A DNA stretch of 40,068 nt from Corallochytrium limacisporum Hawaii (GCA_002811645.1 PDIP01000091.1:1-40068), one strand, 5' to 3'; shown: positions 13,110 through 25,809, counted from the first letter of the stretch. The notes: generated from the sequence alone by a model not told the origin. Numbers and translations: made by a program.

Positions 13110-14084
13110 CTATGAAAAATATAAAGATAAAGCTGAAATAAAAGCAAGGTAAGATAATGAAAGAGGCAAGAAAGCCTGTCAACAAAGCTTCATTAATTGG
13201 TCATACCGATATCGTGGCAATGTTCCTCGCATTAATACAAATCAGAATCCAACTAGAACAACTTTAAGACCCATCCAAAATTGTGGTGGAATAAAGGTGA
13301 ATGGAATTAATGGGATAGGTGGTAATCATCCTCCCAGAAATAGAACAGTAATAATAGTAGACATTAAAATAATGTGTCTATATTCACATAAGAAAAACAT
13401 TGTGAACATTGCAGCTCTATATTCAGTATTATAACCTCTAACTAATTCAGATTCTGATTCAGTTAGATCAAATGGGACCCGAGCAGTTTCTGCAAGCGCT
13501 CTAACTGAAAACATGAATAAAGAAGGTCATAGTGGAATAGCAAAAATAATATAATTTTGTGCTAAGACAATTTCTGTTAAATTTAACGATCCAACAATAA
13601 TTAAAACTGTCATTAAAATAAGTCCAATAGAAACTTCATAGCTAATCATTTGTGCAGTGGATCGTAATGATCCTAAGAATGCATATTTTCTATTAGATGC
13701 TCATCCTGCAATAAGAACAGAATAAACGCTTAATGAACTAACAGCAAAAATATACATTAGACCAATATTAATATCTGAAACAATACTACCTGGAGAAAAT
13801 GGAATAACTGCTCATCCAATAAGTCCAAATAATAATGAAATTAAAGATCCAATGACAAACAAAATAACATTAGAGTGTCTAGGAATAATAGATTCTTTGG
13901 CAAGAAGTTTTAGAGCATCAGCAAATGGTTGTAAAAGGCCATAGGGACCAACCGCTTCAGGACCTTCACGTAACATAACAGCAGCTAAAATCTTCCGTTC
14001 AAATAAAGTAAAAAATGCAACTGCAATCAACACAGGTAAAATTATAATTAGTACTTCACTAAATTGTAAAAGAATATATAACAT
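13110..14084 (-). CDS. nad1: NADH dehydrogenase subunit 1 (324 aa)
   Basis: [29 protein letters not shown] and [12 protein letters not shown] stop. Confidence 0.98.
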
Positions 14085-14107
14085 TTTTTATAATAAAAAA
14101 TTAAAAA

Positions 14108-14548
14108 TTAAAAATTTCGTAGGGCAATACGTGGAACACCATATTTAGATCGTTGTGTTTTTCGAACTAGTGTTTTAAAATCTCATTTACCACGAATAGC
14201 TTTTAAACGAATTCCCCGTAAGTCATTAACTCGTCCACCTCGTACAAGTACAAAAGTATTTTCTGTAACGACTGGTTTTTCTCCGGGTAAGGCAACAGTA
14301 GCAATAGTACGAGTACTTAGTCGAACTCGAGCTACTTTTCGTCGGGCTCTATTTGGTTTAACGGGTGCTTTAATCATCATATTGATAATTTTAGCTCGTT
14401 TCTGAGGAGCTCCTTTTAGTAGTTTTACGTATCGTAATTTTATAATTTTTGGTTTTGTTCGATAGTGAGGAATAGTATGAGAACTTCCTCCTGTGAAGTA
14501 TTCTTTATTTATAAAACGATTATTTATCAATCTAAAGCGCCTTTTCAT
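14108..14548 (-). CDS. rps12: Ribosomal protein uS12 (start uncertain; the first ATG overlaps the nad3 3' end)
   Basis: LKGAPQKRA, PVKPNSARRKVARVRLS, VLVRGGRVNDL and QRSKYGV. Confidence 0.95.
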
Positions 14549-14871
14549 CACTCATATAGTAAGCCTAAAGCTAAAATTGATAAAAATGCAATCATACTCC
14601 AGTATCCTCCTCTTTGTAATCATTCCATTCTAACTCTTCATGGGAATAGAAAAGAAATTTCTAAATCAAAGACGATAAATAATAAAGCAACTAGAAAAAA
14701 TCGAACATGAAATGTTTGTCGTGTATCACCAAAAGGATCAAATCCACATTCATAAACTGAACTTTTTTCTAAATCTCTATTTTGGAGTGCTAAAACATAA
14801 GAAAATCCTACAATGACTAATGCCAAGACTAAAACGAGACTAATTGTTATAAATAATGATAAGTATTCCAT
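14524..14871 (-). CDS. nad3: NADH dehydrogenase subunit 3 (115 aa)
   Basis: [23 protein letters not shown] and YEWWKGALDW. Confidence 0.98.
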
Positions 14872-14872
14872 T

Positions 14873-15301
14873 TTAAATTCATTTTTTTAATTTATAACCT
14901 TTATCAAATTTTAATGGGCGATAATTAATTAATCGCTTTAAAACATTTTCATTTAATTTTCAACTTTTAGCATTGAAGATATATTCTACTGATTTATTGC
15001 CTTTTTCTTTGATAATCCGCATATTTGGCATGAATGCTAAATTAACATTATGGCTTAAACCTAATTTGTAAAAATAATATCTTATATCATCTTTATTAAG
15101 ATAATGATGCTTGTATCCAATACCACTTAGTCTAATATAGTTATATCTAGATTTACCTTGTGGTCTTTTTTTAGTTAAATCTGTTTTAAAAGATGAATCT
15201 GTTTTATGAATAAACGCAGATTTATCTCCATTAGAAATTAAGATATTGTTAGGGCGTTTTAACCGTAATCTAGATCCTTTTAATAATTGATCTTTCATCA
15301 T
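14873..15301 (-). CDS. rpl6: Ribosomal protein uL6 (about 142 aa)
   Basis: LSGIGYK...KLGLSH...[10 protein letters not shown] resembles uL6 GVGYR...LGYSH...RPPEPYKGKG. The ATG overlaps the nad2 stop (TAATG). Confidence 0.75.
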
Positions 15302-16806
15302 TAAATATTTATAATATAAACACCAGATTCTTGGGCTAAAGTTAGTCAGAATCTTGGAACTAAAAATACAAATGTTGTTAAATATACGATTGATGCTATT
15401 ACTCAATCTTTATTATTATATAATAATCCGTTTGATCTTAAGATATTTTCTCACGCAAAGTAAGGTAAAACTGTTTTATCTTCAAAATGAATTAATCGAA
15501 TTAATCGCAAATAATAACTCATTGAAATAGCTGATAATAATAGGACAACAGTAGCTAATAAGTAATAATGTCTTTCAATAATTTGATATACAACTACAGC
15601 TTTAGAAGCGAATCCAATTAGTGGTGGTACTCCACCAAGAGAGAATAAAATAATTGTAAATGAATACGCTAATGATGGGTTTCTTCGTGTAAGTTGTGTT
15701 AATTCTGAAATTAATACTGTTTTTTGTCCTGTTAATTTTCGTTGTTGAGATAAAATAAAAGCAAAGCTTCCCACTGTAGTTAACATATAGAAAGTCATAT
15801 ATAGTACTCAACCTGATAGATCTGTTCCAGATAATAGTGGAAGTAAAAGGAATCCTACGTGGCTAATTCTTCTATAAGCCATTAATCGTTTAAGTTTTGA
15901 TTGCCGGAATGCACCTAATGATCCTAATGCAATAGATGATACACTAACACCAATTAACAATGGTTGTCAGATAAAATTAGTATCATAAAAAGGTAAAGAT
16001 AAGAATTGGTTTAAAACAAATAAATAAGCAATTTTTGGAACTACTGAAAGATATGCAGTAACAATAGTTAATGCTCCATCATAAATATCTACAATTGCTC
16101 AATGAAATGGTGCAGCTCCCATTTTAATAAAAAATGAAATAGAAAATGCAATAATTGCAATTCTTGAGCTTGTAGAATCTACGTAGAATAATCTTCTATT
16201 TGGGTTAGTTGGCATAAATGTACTCAATTCACCTAAATCTAAACCACCTGTCATTCCATATCATAACGACATAGCAAATAATAAGAAGGCAGATGAAATT
16301 GCCCCTACTAAAAAATATTTAAGTCCAGATTCAGTTTGTGCTGTCATCTGATCATTATCTAGTTTTCGAGGTCCTGCTGCCATAATATAAGCTGCCAATG
16401 AAAACCATTCTACAGTTAAATATACTGCCATTAAATGGTAACTCATTAAAAGGAATAATAATCCTAATCTTCCTAATAAAAATAATCATGGGTATTCATA
16501 GTTAACTACTTCGTCATTAACTCAATCTGAAATAGCAAAAACTAAAATTGTTCCTACAACAATTAAAACTTTATTAATCATAATTGAATCATTAACTCAA
16601 AGTAAACTGTTTAAATAAATACCTTCTGTAAATCTATCATTAGATAAATAAAATCAAAATAGTAAAGTCATAATTGAAAGCTTTACCATTCTGTCAATTA
16701 ATCTAAATCTTTTAAATTGTTCTTTTCAGATACCTAGACATAAGAGAAAAAAAATCGCCTCTAGTACAAAAGTTTCAGAAGTAAATACAACTCATAATAT
16801 CTGTAT
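15301..16806 (-). CDS. nad2: NADH dehydrogenase subunit 2 (non-ATG start, approximate)
   Basis: ESGLKYFLVGA, KMGAAPFHW, KRLMAYSSISHVG and FSLGGVPPLIGF. Confidence 0.95.
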
Positions 16807-16817
16807 ATCATATTTAA

Positions 16818-16903
16818 TGTTCCAGATAGGACTTGAACCTATACGTTAAAAATTTAACATTAACTTTTAAGGCTAACGTGTCTACCAATTCCACCACTGA
16901 AAC
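16818..16903 (-). tRNA. trnL: tRNA-Leu(UAA)
   Basis: Anticodon arm TTAGC-CTTAAAA-GTTAA with a long variable arm. Confidence 0.93.
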
Positions 16904-17610
16904 TATATTTCTTTGTAGATTCAGTATAAAATTTTATGCTGAATAATAAATAATTGATAAATCAAAATTACAAATCTTGTAATTATAAATGTAAATAATA
17001 AATCTGGAGGTGTAATTGTTGAAACAATTAAGTAAATCCTTAAATAAAGCAAAAATTGATTTTTATTAAATGAATTAAAATTACTATCGCTTATTAGGAA
17101 ATGCAATAATTGTAAAATCATTACTGTAAAAATAATTAATCAATTTGTACCAATTAAAACAGGTAAATATTGGTCTAAAGTTGGTAAAAATAAGAAATTA
17201 TTAATTGAATTAAAAGAAATTAGAAAATTCAAAATTTGATGAAAATATAAATAATTTACAGTATTTATAAAAAAATAATATGTAAGAAAAAATAGAAAAG
17301 CTATTTTTCATTTTTTTCTAGTATTATTTTCAGCTCCAACTCCGAAATATGATGCGATACTATAATTAAAAGAAAGTAATTGTAAAAGAATTGAATAAAC
17401 CAAAAGCAGCTTAAGAAAGTAATTAAGAAATTTTAAAGGTTCATTAATTAATCTAGAAACCAATTGAGCTGGAAAGTATTGTTTAACAATAATATAAGAA
17501 AGAGTATCAGTAGAATTGAATAAAAGAAGAAATGATAAAAAAATAGCGATTAAATTAAAAACAAATAGTAATAAAATTTGTTTATTGTGATAAAAGATGT
17601 AAGTTTGCAC
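16903..17610 (-). CDS. tatC: Twin-arginine translocase subunit TatC/MttB (about 235 aa, GTG start)
   Basis: Multi-pass hydrophobic ORF with C-terminal STITPPDL (TatC I/LTPPD motif). Size fits. Confidence 0.78.
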
Positions 17611-17633
17611 TAAAAAAAGTTAAATAATAAATA

Positions 17634-17706
17634 AGGTGCGGATGGGATTTGAACCCATATCTAAAGCTTTGCAAGCAACCGCATTAGCCAATTATGCTAC
17701 AGCACC
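17634..17706 (-). tRNA. trnC: tRNA-Cys(GCA)
   Basis: Anticodon loop TTGCAAA and U73. The anticodon stem is weak. Confidence 0.88.
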
Positions 17707-17762
17707 AAAATAGAAAAGTAAGATAAAAAGGTATTTTCATCAGGAAAATTCTTACAGCTAAT

Positions 17763-18518
17763 TTAATGTAAGTGTAGCGAGTCACCAATATAAATAGAAG
17801 TAAGAAGTGTGAAAACATAAGCCTGAATTAAGCAGACAGCAATTTCAAGTCCAGTTAAAGCAAAAATAACTAAAATTGGTCCAAGAGCTGCAATAGCTAA
17901 CAGTGCTCCTCTTTGAATCATTGTAAATGCAAATGATCTAAGAATGGCAAATAGAAGGTGTCCAGATGTCATATTAGCAGCTAATCGAACACTTAATCTT
18001 ACTGCTCGAATACAGTAACTAATTAATTCAATTAATACTAGTAAAGGAGCTAATCCAATAGGACTTCCAGCAGGCATAAACATAGAAAAGAAATCTAATT
18101 GGTGTCGTAATAATCCAATTAATGTAACACCAATTAAAATTGATAGAGCTAATCCAAATGTAACTGCAATGTGTGCTGTTACTGTAAATACATAAGGAAT
18201 CATACCCATAAGATTTAATAGTAAAATAAAGTTAAATAAGCTGAATAAAAATGGAAAGTATTGTGTAACATGATTAGTTCGTGTTAAATCTAAAATTCCT
18301 AAGTAAATACTTTCTAATAGAGATTGTCATGGTGAAGGAACTAATAATCCATTTCCGGATGCTACTGTACCATTGTATACAGAGTAAAATAGTGCAAATA
18401 GAATAATCATCATTAACGCACTATTTGTAATAGAGATATCTCCAATAATTGGTAGATTTAAACTTAAAATTGGTAAAACTAAAAATTGGTCCATAATTGC
18501 GTATGCAGTAATATTCAT
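17763..18518 (-). CDS. atp6: ATP synthase subunit a (251 aa)
   Basis: NLMGMIPYVFTVTAH, RLAANMTSGH and LEIAVCLIQAYVF. Confidence 0.98.
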
Positions 18519-18523
18519 CTTAA

Positions 18524-18907
18524 TTATTTAGTATCAATTTTAATAAATGGAGTCATATAAACTCGAGACTTGGCTAGAAATTTTTCCACATAAAGGTGTG
18601 TGAAGTAATGTGAAAGTGGTGTTTTGTGAAGATAAATCATAGAAGGCTGGTCAACAGCTTTATCTTGGCCTGGTAATTGAGCTGAAGGCTCGATTGATAC
18701 TCTTTTAATTTCTTCAAATGGTGAGAAAACAGCTTGGTCTTTTCTTGAAGAAAGAGTTTTTTCTAATTCTGCTACCTTTTGTCGGACTCACAGAATTTCT
18801 CCAATTTGTGGTAATAAAACAGTTGAATTAAATACGTAGAAGCTAAAAAAAATAATTACTAATCAGTAAAATTGAGGCATAAAAGTCACAAAATCTAATT
18901 GTGGCAT
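18524..18907 (-). CDS. atp8: ATP synthase subunit 8 (127 aa)
   Basis: Begins MPQLDFVTFMPQFYW, has one TM segment and lies directly upstream of atp6. Confidence 0.93.
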
Positions 18908-19002
18908 CTAATTAGATCTATTAAATCATTTAGCAACTTGCCTGTGGAAAAAAGTATACTTTTAGTATCCTTGTCTATTTTTAGGAGATTTTAGGAGATT
19001 TT
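18908..19002. promoter_or_regulatory. Strand-switch spacer; candidate bidirectional promoter
   Basis: Genes diverge from this point. Contains the palindrome AAAAGTATACTTTT (18950-18963) and (TTTAGGAGAT)x~3 running into trnW. Confidence 0.6.
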
Positions 19003-19075
19003 AGGAGAATAGCTCAATCGGTAGAGCAATGGTCTTCAAAACCAGAGGTTATGGGTTCAAGTCCCGTTTCTCCTG
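19003..19075 (+). tRNA. trnW: tRNA-Trp(UCA)
   Basis: Anticodon arm TGGT-CTTCAAA-ACCA. Supports TGA=Trp. Confidence 0.95.
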
Positions 19076-19090
19076 AACTTTGGGACTTAG

Positions 19091-19173
19091 GAGGGGATCA
19101 CATAGTTGGTTATTGTGTACCCCTGCTAAGGGTAGGGCGAAAGCCTTCGAGAGTTCGAATCTCTCTCCCCTCG
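19091..19173 (+). tRNA. trnS: tRNA-Ser(GCU)
   Basis: Anticodon arm TACCC-CTGCTAA-GGGTA, long variable arm and G73. Confidence 0.95.
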
Positions 19174-19184
19174 TATAACTTTTA

Positions 19185-20174
19185 TTGATTCAACCTAAAT
19201 TAATTAATGGTAAACTTATTTGACATTATTTACCCAATAAAAGATTAAATAGTAATTTAATTAATGATCAATATAATTTAATTAAACGTAAATATTGTGA
19301 AAATAATTCTATTATAGAGATAAACACATCCAAAGATTTTGTAAAAAGTCGAAGAATAAAATTGAAAAAATATTATGATATTGTTAAAGATATAGATATT
19401 AACTTACCTCCTGTTTTTATAAAGGATACTATTATTGGTAAATATACTTTTACTCGTTATGAGCCAATTTGGAATATTTCACATTTAAAATCTATTAATA
19501 GATGAAATGATATTTCCAATTATGAATTCCTTTTAACAGTTACTTCTTTTCTACGACCATCTAAAACTCGATTTAAAAAAAGTAAGCGTGGATATCGACA
19601 TACTCCTCGCCAGATTAATAAAATTTCTAGTTTTATTGAAAGATTATCTTTACCAAAATATAAATATTTACGTATAAAAAAAAAGAACACATGGGGACGA
19701 AGACGATCTACAGGATATTTTATTCCTATAAGTTCAATTAATAAAAATATGTCCCAAAACAGATATATTACTTTACAATCAAATTCTCCCTATTTAGCAT
19801 TTGATAAATTTGGTAGTTACCGAAATAAAAGTAATTCAACTCTTCTCCATAGAATAGAACATAATTTATTTAGTATAATTTTATCTTTCAAAAGTAAAAA
19901 TTGAGAATTACCATTTTCTTTTTTAGATAAAAAAGAAAATAGAATGATAAGAGATACATATCTAATTTTAAATTATTTGCATTTTATTCAATTTGGACCT
20001 TTTTATAATTTAAAAAGAATTATAAAAGGCAAACATTCCAGCTTATTATTAAAGCACATAATAACTCGTCATTTATTTGAGAAATCTCTGTCACATTGTA
20101 ATAAAGAAATGTATTATAATTGAAAAAAATATTTTTTTAGTAAAAGTGCATTTCTAAGACAAGCTAAAAAATAA
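19185..20174 (+). CDS. Basic ORF329; candidate expanded uL14
   Basis: Open frame from TTG 19185 to TAA 20174. (M)IQ start, [10 protein letters not shown] and QFGPF occur in the order of uL14 MIQ / I.FD.NA.VL / IFGPV. Confidence 0.65.
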
Positions 20175-20178
20175 TTCG

Positions 20179-20478
20179 ATTATTGAATCATATTTATCAG
20201 TTGCAACATTACTATTTTCATTGGGGCTAGTTGGTATTATTATTAATCGTAAAAATCTTATTCTTTTAATTATGTCGATTGAATTAATTTTGTTAGCTAT
20301 TAATATAAATTTTCTAACATATTCTGTCTTATTAGATGATTTAATGGGACAACTATTTACTCTTTTCGTTCTTACAGTTGCTGCCGCAGAATCCGCAGTA
20401 GGATTGGCAATTTTAGTAGCTTATTATCGATTACGAGGAACTATTGCAGTTATTTATATTCATTTACTTAAAGGTTAA
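20179..20478 (+). CDS. nad4L: NADH dehydrogenase subunit 4L (probable ATT start)
   Basis: [14 protein letters not shown] and [16 protein letters not shown]. Confidence 0.96.
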   Translation: MIESYLSVATLLFSLGLVGIIINRKNLILLIMSIELILLAININFLTYSVLLDDLMGQLFTLFVLTVAAAESAVGLAILVAYYRLRGTIAVIYIHLLKG

Positions 20479-22433
20479 TGATGTATTTATTATTACTATT
20501 CTTTCCTCTTTGAAGTGCTACAGTTTCAGGTTTAGGAGGACGATGAATTGGTAGTAAAGGAGCTGCTATTTTCACAACTCTAAATTTATTTTTTACATGA
20601 TTAGTTTCTCTCCTTATTTTTTACGAGGTGGGATTCGCACAAGCTTCTACTGTTGTTGACGTTAGACGATGAATGGAAAACCAATATTTAGAAATTAATT
20701 GATCATTTTTATTTGATCCATTATCAAGTGTAATGCTATTAGTTGTTTCTTCAATTTCTATGCTAGTTCATTTATATTCTACTGAATATATGGACGGTGA
20801 TCCTCATTTTCCTCGATTTATGTCATATCTATCATTTTTCACTTTCTTCATGCTAATTTTAGTTACAGCTTCAAATTTTGTTCAATTATTTATTGGTTGA
20901 GAAGGTGTAGGAGTTGCATCTTATCTTCTTATTAGGTTCTGATTTACTCGTGTGCAGGCAACAAAATCTGCATTAAAAGCGATTTTAATGAACCGAGTGG
21001 GAGATTTGGCTATTACTTTAGCATTTATTGTAGTAGCTACAACTTTTAACTCTTTAGATTTTGCAACAGTATTTTCAACATCTCATTTAGTTGATCCATT
21101 TTATTTGGATATTATTTCCATCTTATTTTTAATTGCTGCAATGGGTAAATCAGCACAAATTGGATTACACACTTGATTACCAGATGCCATGGAAGGTCCT
21201 ACTCCAGTTTCTTCATTACTGCATAGAGCCACAATGGTTACTGCTGGTGTGTATTTACTAGTCCGAATTTCTCCTCTATTAGAGTGATCTCCAACTGGAT
21301 GAAAAGCTATTGCTATTGTTGGTGGATCTACTGCATTTTTTGCTGCTACTATTGGAGTTGCCCAATCTGACTTAAAGAAAACTATTGCTTGAAGAACTGT
21401 ATCTCAAATTGGTTATATGGTGTTAGTTACAGCATCATCTAATTATCCTGCAGCTATTTATCACTTGGCAAACCATGCTTCTTTTAAATGTTTACTATTT
21501 TTAGCTGCTGGTTCTGTTATTCATGGTATGGCTGATGAACAAGATATGCGGCGATTTGGGGGATTAATCAGATTCTTCCCAGTAACATATTCTGCAGCTT
21601 TAGCTGCTTCATTATCATTAATGGGATTCCCTTTCTTAACTGGTTTCTATTCTAAAGATTTAATCCTGGAATTAATGTATGCTGATTACAGATTGCCATC
21701 TGCATTTGCACATGTTTTAGCTATCTTAGCTGCTTTCTGAACTGCATTCTATTCATTCCGAAGATTATTCTTTACTTTTATTGTTTCTCCTAATAGTTCT
21801 CGATCTATTATTCAACATGCACACGAACCAGGATGACAAATGATGACTCCTATTGTTATTTTAGCTTTAGCATCTATTTATTTTGGTTACTTTACTAAAG
21901 ATTTATTTGTAGGATTCGGATCTCCTTTTTGAAATAATTCAGTGTTTTCTTACCATCTATCATTAGATTTCGAATTTTTACCTACTGGGATTAAATTATT
22001 ACCAGTTATTTTAACTCTTTTAGGTGCTAGATTGGCCGCTTTTGGTCTAACATTATTTTCAAAAGAATGAGTTTCTTTCCAATTATCTAATTATAAATTA
22101 TTTTTCTTTTTAGGATCTAAATGATTCTTTGATCATGTTTATAATTTCTTTATTGTTAAACCTACTCTATATTTTGGTTATACTATTACAAACCATTTAA
22201 TTGATCGTGGAGCATTAGAGTCATTTGGACCAACAGGTATCCAGAAAACTATTCATAAACTAGCTAAAAATAATGGATCTTTCCATACTGGACTGTTATT
22301 TCATTATGCATTTTTGATTTTTTCAATTGCAGTATTAATTTTATTTTTCTTTATTTATTATTCTGCAATCTCACCTGTTGAAATTCCTTTACCTTTTTTT
22401 ATCTTTTTCATTATTATTCTATTGCTTATTTAA
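20478..22433 (+). CDS. nad5: NADH dehydrogenase subunit 5 (651 aa)
   Basis: [28 protein letters not shown] and [15 protein letters not shown] overlap with nad4L. Confidence 0.98.
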
Positions 22434-22479
22434 ATGATTATTCTAATCATAAAGATTATTAATAATTCTGAAAAAACTG

Positions 22480-22550
22480 CGGGATGTAGTTCAATGGTAG
22501 AATGTTTCGCTTCCAACGAAATGATATGGGTTCGATTCCCATTGTCTCGA
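22480..22550 (+). tRNA. trnG: tRNA-Gly(UCC)
   Basis: Anticodon arm TTTCG-CTTCCAA-CGAAA. Confidence 0.92.
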
Positions 22551-22567
22551 TATAAACTATTTATTAA

Positions 22568-24154
22568 TTGATTACTAAAGACCGTCCTAGTCGTTCCTCA
22601 ATTTCAGTTTATAGTAATGCAGATTTTATAATTTATAACAACCATTATTTTTATTTAATAACACGTCATTTAATTTCTAAAGTTGCTCGTTCTTTAAATA
22701 TGTTACCCGGTAAAAGATATATTTCTTCTAAAAACAATAAACATATTTTAAATGTTGAAATTGCTCTAAAGCCAGTTGCATATGATGCATATAATTATTT
22801 CTATTTTAATCGATGAACTATTTTATTTTGACAAAATTATAACAAAATTAATCGGAAAAAAACTATTTTTAAGAAAGTAATTGGATTTCGACAAAATAAA
22901 ATAATCAAGAAAATTGATGATAAAATAGCAAAATTTAATAATCTATTTTCGTTTATCTCTTTCCCGCGAAAACGAAAACGACGAAAAATTAAAAATACAG
23001 TTTTTCAAAATGGAAAACGAAAAATTGGAAAAGTATTCCGAGAAAAATATTTTAAATTTGAAAAAATCAACCACACTTTTAAAGCTAAAAAAAAGAATAA
23101 AATTAATCTTATTAAATTAAGAAGATTAGCTAAAAATCATTATATCAAAGATAATTTTACTATTCTACGAAGAATTTGAAGAACGTCAAAATCTTCAAGC
23201 CGATTAAGTTTTAATTTAATGCAAAATGGATCTAATAGGTATAAATTGCCTAAACCATATTATAAATTCTTAATTCAAGATCGAAAAAAACCATTGAAAA
23301 TAACTAATTATAATTGAAGAAAACAAAGACGATCAATAAAAATGCAATTTGCTCATTTTTGAAAAGATTATCAATTAAGAAAACAACATGATTTTAGTAA
23401 ACGTCGAACTGAACAAATGATTGGTTTAAATCAACGACCTGTTTTACAAATCTTATTATTTTATTATTATATTAATCTTATTTTTTCTCTATATAATTTA
23501 GATTTAGTACGAATTTATTGAATTAATACAGCTTCTACATCTGCTCCAATGTTTTCTCAGTTTATAACTAGAAAATTAACAAAACGAATGTCCCGAAGTG
23601 CTATTCGTATTCGGAAAGATGTTAAAGGATTAAACTCAAAAAATATGTTAATTAGTAATACTGATTTACCTCTTTGAGTATCTGATAATTCATTAATCTA
23701 CAATAATATTATGCTTTCTTTAGTTAATCATTCTACAAGGAAACAAAAATTAAAATTAAAAAATGATCATAATAATTTAAATAATTCCAATAATTTAAAT
23801 GGTAATATTGTAAAGAAAAATAGAAGTTTATTCAAAAATTTAAGAGACTTTACACGTTCACCATATTTAATAAATATTAATTATTTAGACAATGATAAAA
23901 ATACTACTGTTTCTGAACAATTAAAATCGTTTGATAAACTAAGTTTAAATCTTTCTCAAAAAGTTATTCCATTCACAAATAGATATTATGATGTTTATTT
24001 GAAGGGTAAATTAAGAAAAAGACTTCGAAAACGATCGTTATTTATGATTCATGGTTCTAACAGTCGAAACATGAAAACCAAATATTTAGAAACTATCATT
24101 TTACCGATTCGAGGGAAATATGGAACTCGATCATTAAAAATTGCAATTTCATAA
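22568..24154 (+). CDS. rps3: Ribosomal protein uS3, expanded (about 528 aa, TTG start)
   Basis: Single frame with TGA=W. SAPMFSQFITSKLTKR and C-terminal LKGKL...GKYGTRSLKIAIS match the uS3 C-domain. Confidence 0.78.
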
Positions 24155-24166
24155 TAATGATTATAA

Positions 24167-24238
24167 TAGTGCCAGTAGGACTTGAACCTACATTCTTGCG
24201 TTATGAGCACAATGTTCTAACCATTAAACTATGGCACT
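24167..24238 (-). tRNA. tRNA with CAU anticodon: elongator Met or lysidine-type Ile
   Basis: Anticodon arm TTGTG-CTCATAA-CGCAA. D-arm is nearly identical to that of trnI(GAU). Confidence 0.88.
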
Positions 24239-24241
24239 CTT

Positions 24242-24316
24242 ACTTAGGAAGCTTCTGTTGGTTGAAGTGCCCGACTGAAAATCGGGAGTCTCGAGGTTCA
24301 ATTCCTCGCCTAAGTG
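24242..24316 (+). tRNA. trnF: tRNA-Phe(GAA)
   Basis: Anticodon arm CCCGA-CTGAAAA-TCGGG; acceptor ACTTAGG/CCTAAGT. Confidence 0.9.
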
Positions 24317-24376
24317 AAAAAATATTAAAAAATATTTTTATAAATTAAATATTAAAATATTTTATCCATCAAATCT

Positions 24377-25786
24377 ATGGTTTTATTAGCAACCTGAATT
24401 TTTCCTATTTTAGGCGCTGTCTCACTCTATTTTGTTAATAACGAGAAAACTCAAAAAAATTTATCGTTATTAAGATCAGTTTTAACGTTTAGAAGTTCTA
24501 TCCTATTATGATCACAATGAGAAAGTGGATCTACTGCTTTTTCAAGTTCATTTCATTATGGATCTTATTGATTTGGAATTGATGGACTAAGTATCTATTT
24601 TATTTTATTAACAGGATTACTATTACCTATTTGTATCCTTAGAGCTTGAGATAGAATCAAAGTTAACATTCGAGACTATTTAGCATTATTTTTATTGTTA
24701 GAAAGATTATTAATAATTTTATTTTCAACATTAGATTTATTATTATTTTATGTATTTTTTGAAGCTACTCTTATTCCAATGTTTTTAATTATTGGAAGAT
24801 GAGGATCTGCACGACCAGAGAAAATTCGAGCTGCATATTATTTCTTTCTTTATACACTTATTGGTAGTCTTCTAATGCTTGTTTCTATTTTGGCTATTTA
24901 TAGAACAGTTGGAACAACAGACTATTTAGCTGTTGTAAACTTTAACTACGGAGAACTAGAAAAAGTTTATTTCCTAGCATTCTTTGCTTCATTCGCCGTT
25001 AAGGTACCTATGTTTCCTTTTCACCTATGATTAAAAGAAGCCCATGTTGAAGCACCCGCAGAAGGATCTGTTATTCTAGCTGGTATTTTACTTAAATTAG
25101 GGACATATGGGTTCTTACGATTCTCTTTACCTATGTTCCCTAATGGTAGACAATATTTCTTACCTCTTGTTGTAACATTAAGAGTTATTGCTGTTGTCTA
25201 CGGAAGACTTACTACTCTTCGGCAAATTGATATAAAACGACTAGTTGCATATTCTTCTGTTGCACACCAGGGAGTTGTTACTCTTGGTATTTTTTCACTT
25301 AATACTATTGGATCCACAGGAGCTATGCTGTTTTCCATTAGCCATGGTTTTGTTTCATCAGCATTATTCCTTCTAATTGGAGTTGTCTACAATCGATATC
25401 ACAGTCGAATTATTAAGTATTATCGAGGTATTGCACAAACAATGCCACTATTTGCTACTTTCTTTTTAGCATTTAGACTCGCAAATACAGGAGTCCCTTT
25501 GAGTTGTAATTTTATTAGAGAATATTATTGCCTTCTATCTATTTATCAAGTTAGTGTAATTGCTACTATTTTAGGTAGTCTTAGTGTTGTTCTTAGTGCT
25601 GCTTATAGCATTTATATGTATAACCGTATTGCAATGGGAAGATGATCAATTTATTTGAAACGTACCTCAGACTTAACACGGAAAGAATTTCACGCATTAA
25701 GTCCTCTTCTTATTTTTACATTCCTATTTGGTATCCTGCCGGGATCTATTCTTGACGGAATGGAAATGGCATTATTACTATTATAA
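24377..25786 (+). CDS. nad4: NADH dehydrogenase subunit 4 (469 aa)
   Basis: FFEATLIPM, KVPMFPFHLWLKEAHVEAP, LLKLGTYG and AYSSVAH. Confidence 0.98.
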
Positions 25787-25809
25787 TTATATTCTTTTAC
25801 ACACTATTG

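Noticed and set aside
14216-14218. CGG reassignment suggested by CGG at the uS12 Pro90 position
   Set aside because: CGG encodes conserved Arg elsewhere, e.g. cox1 TDRN at about 9603-9605.
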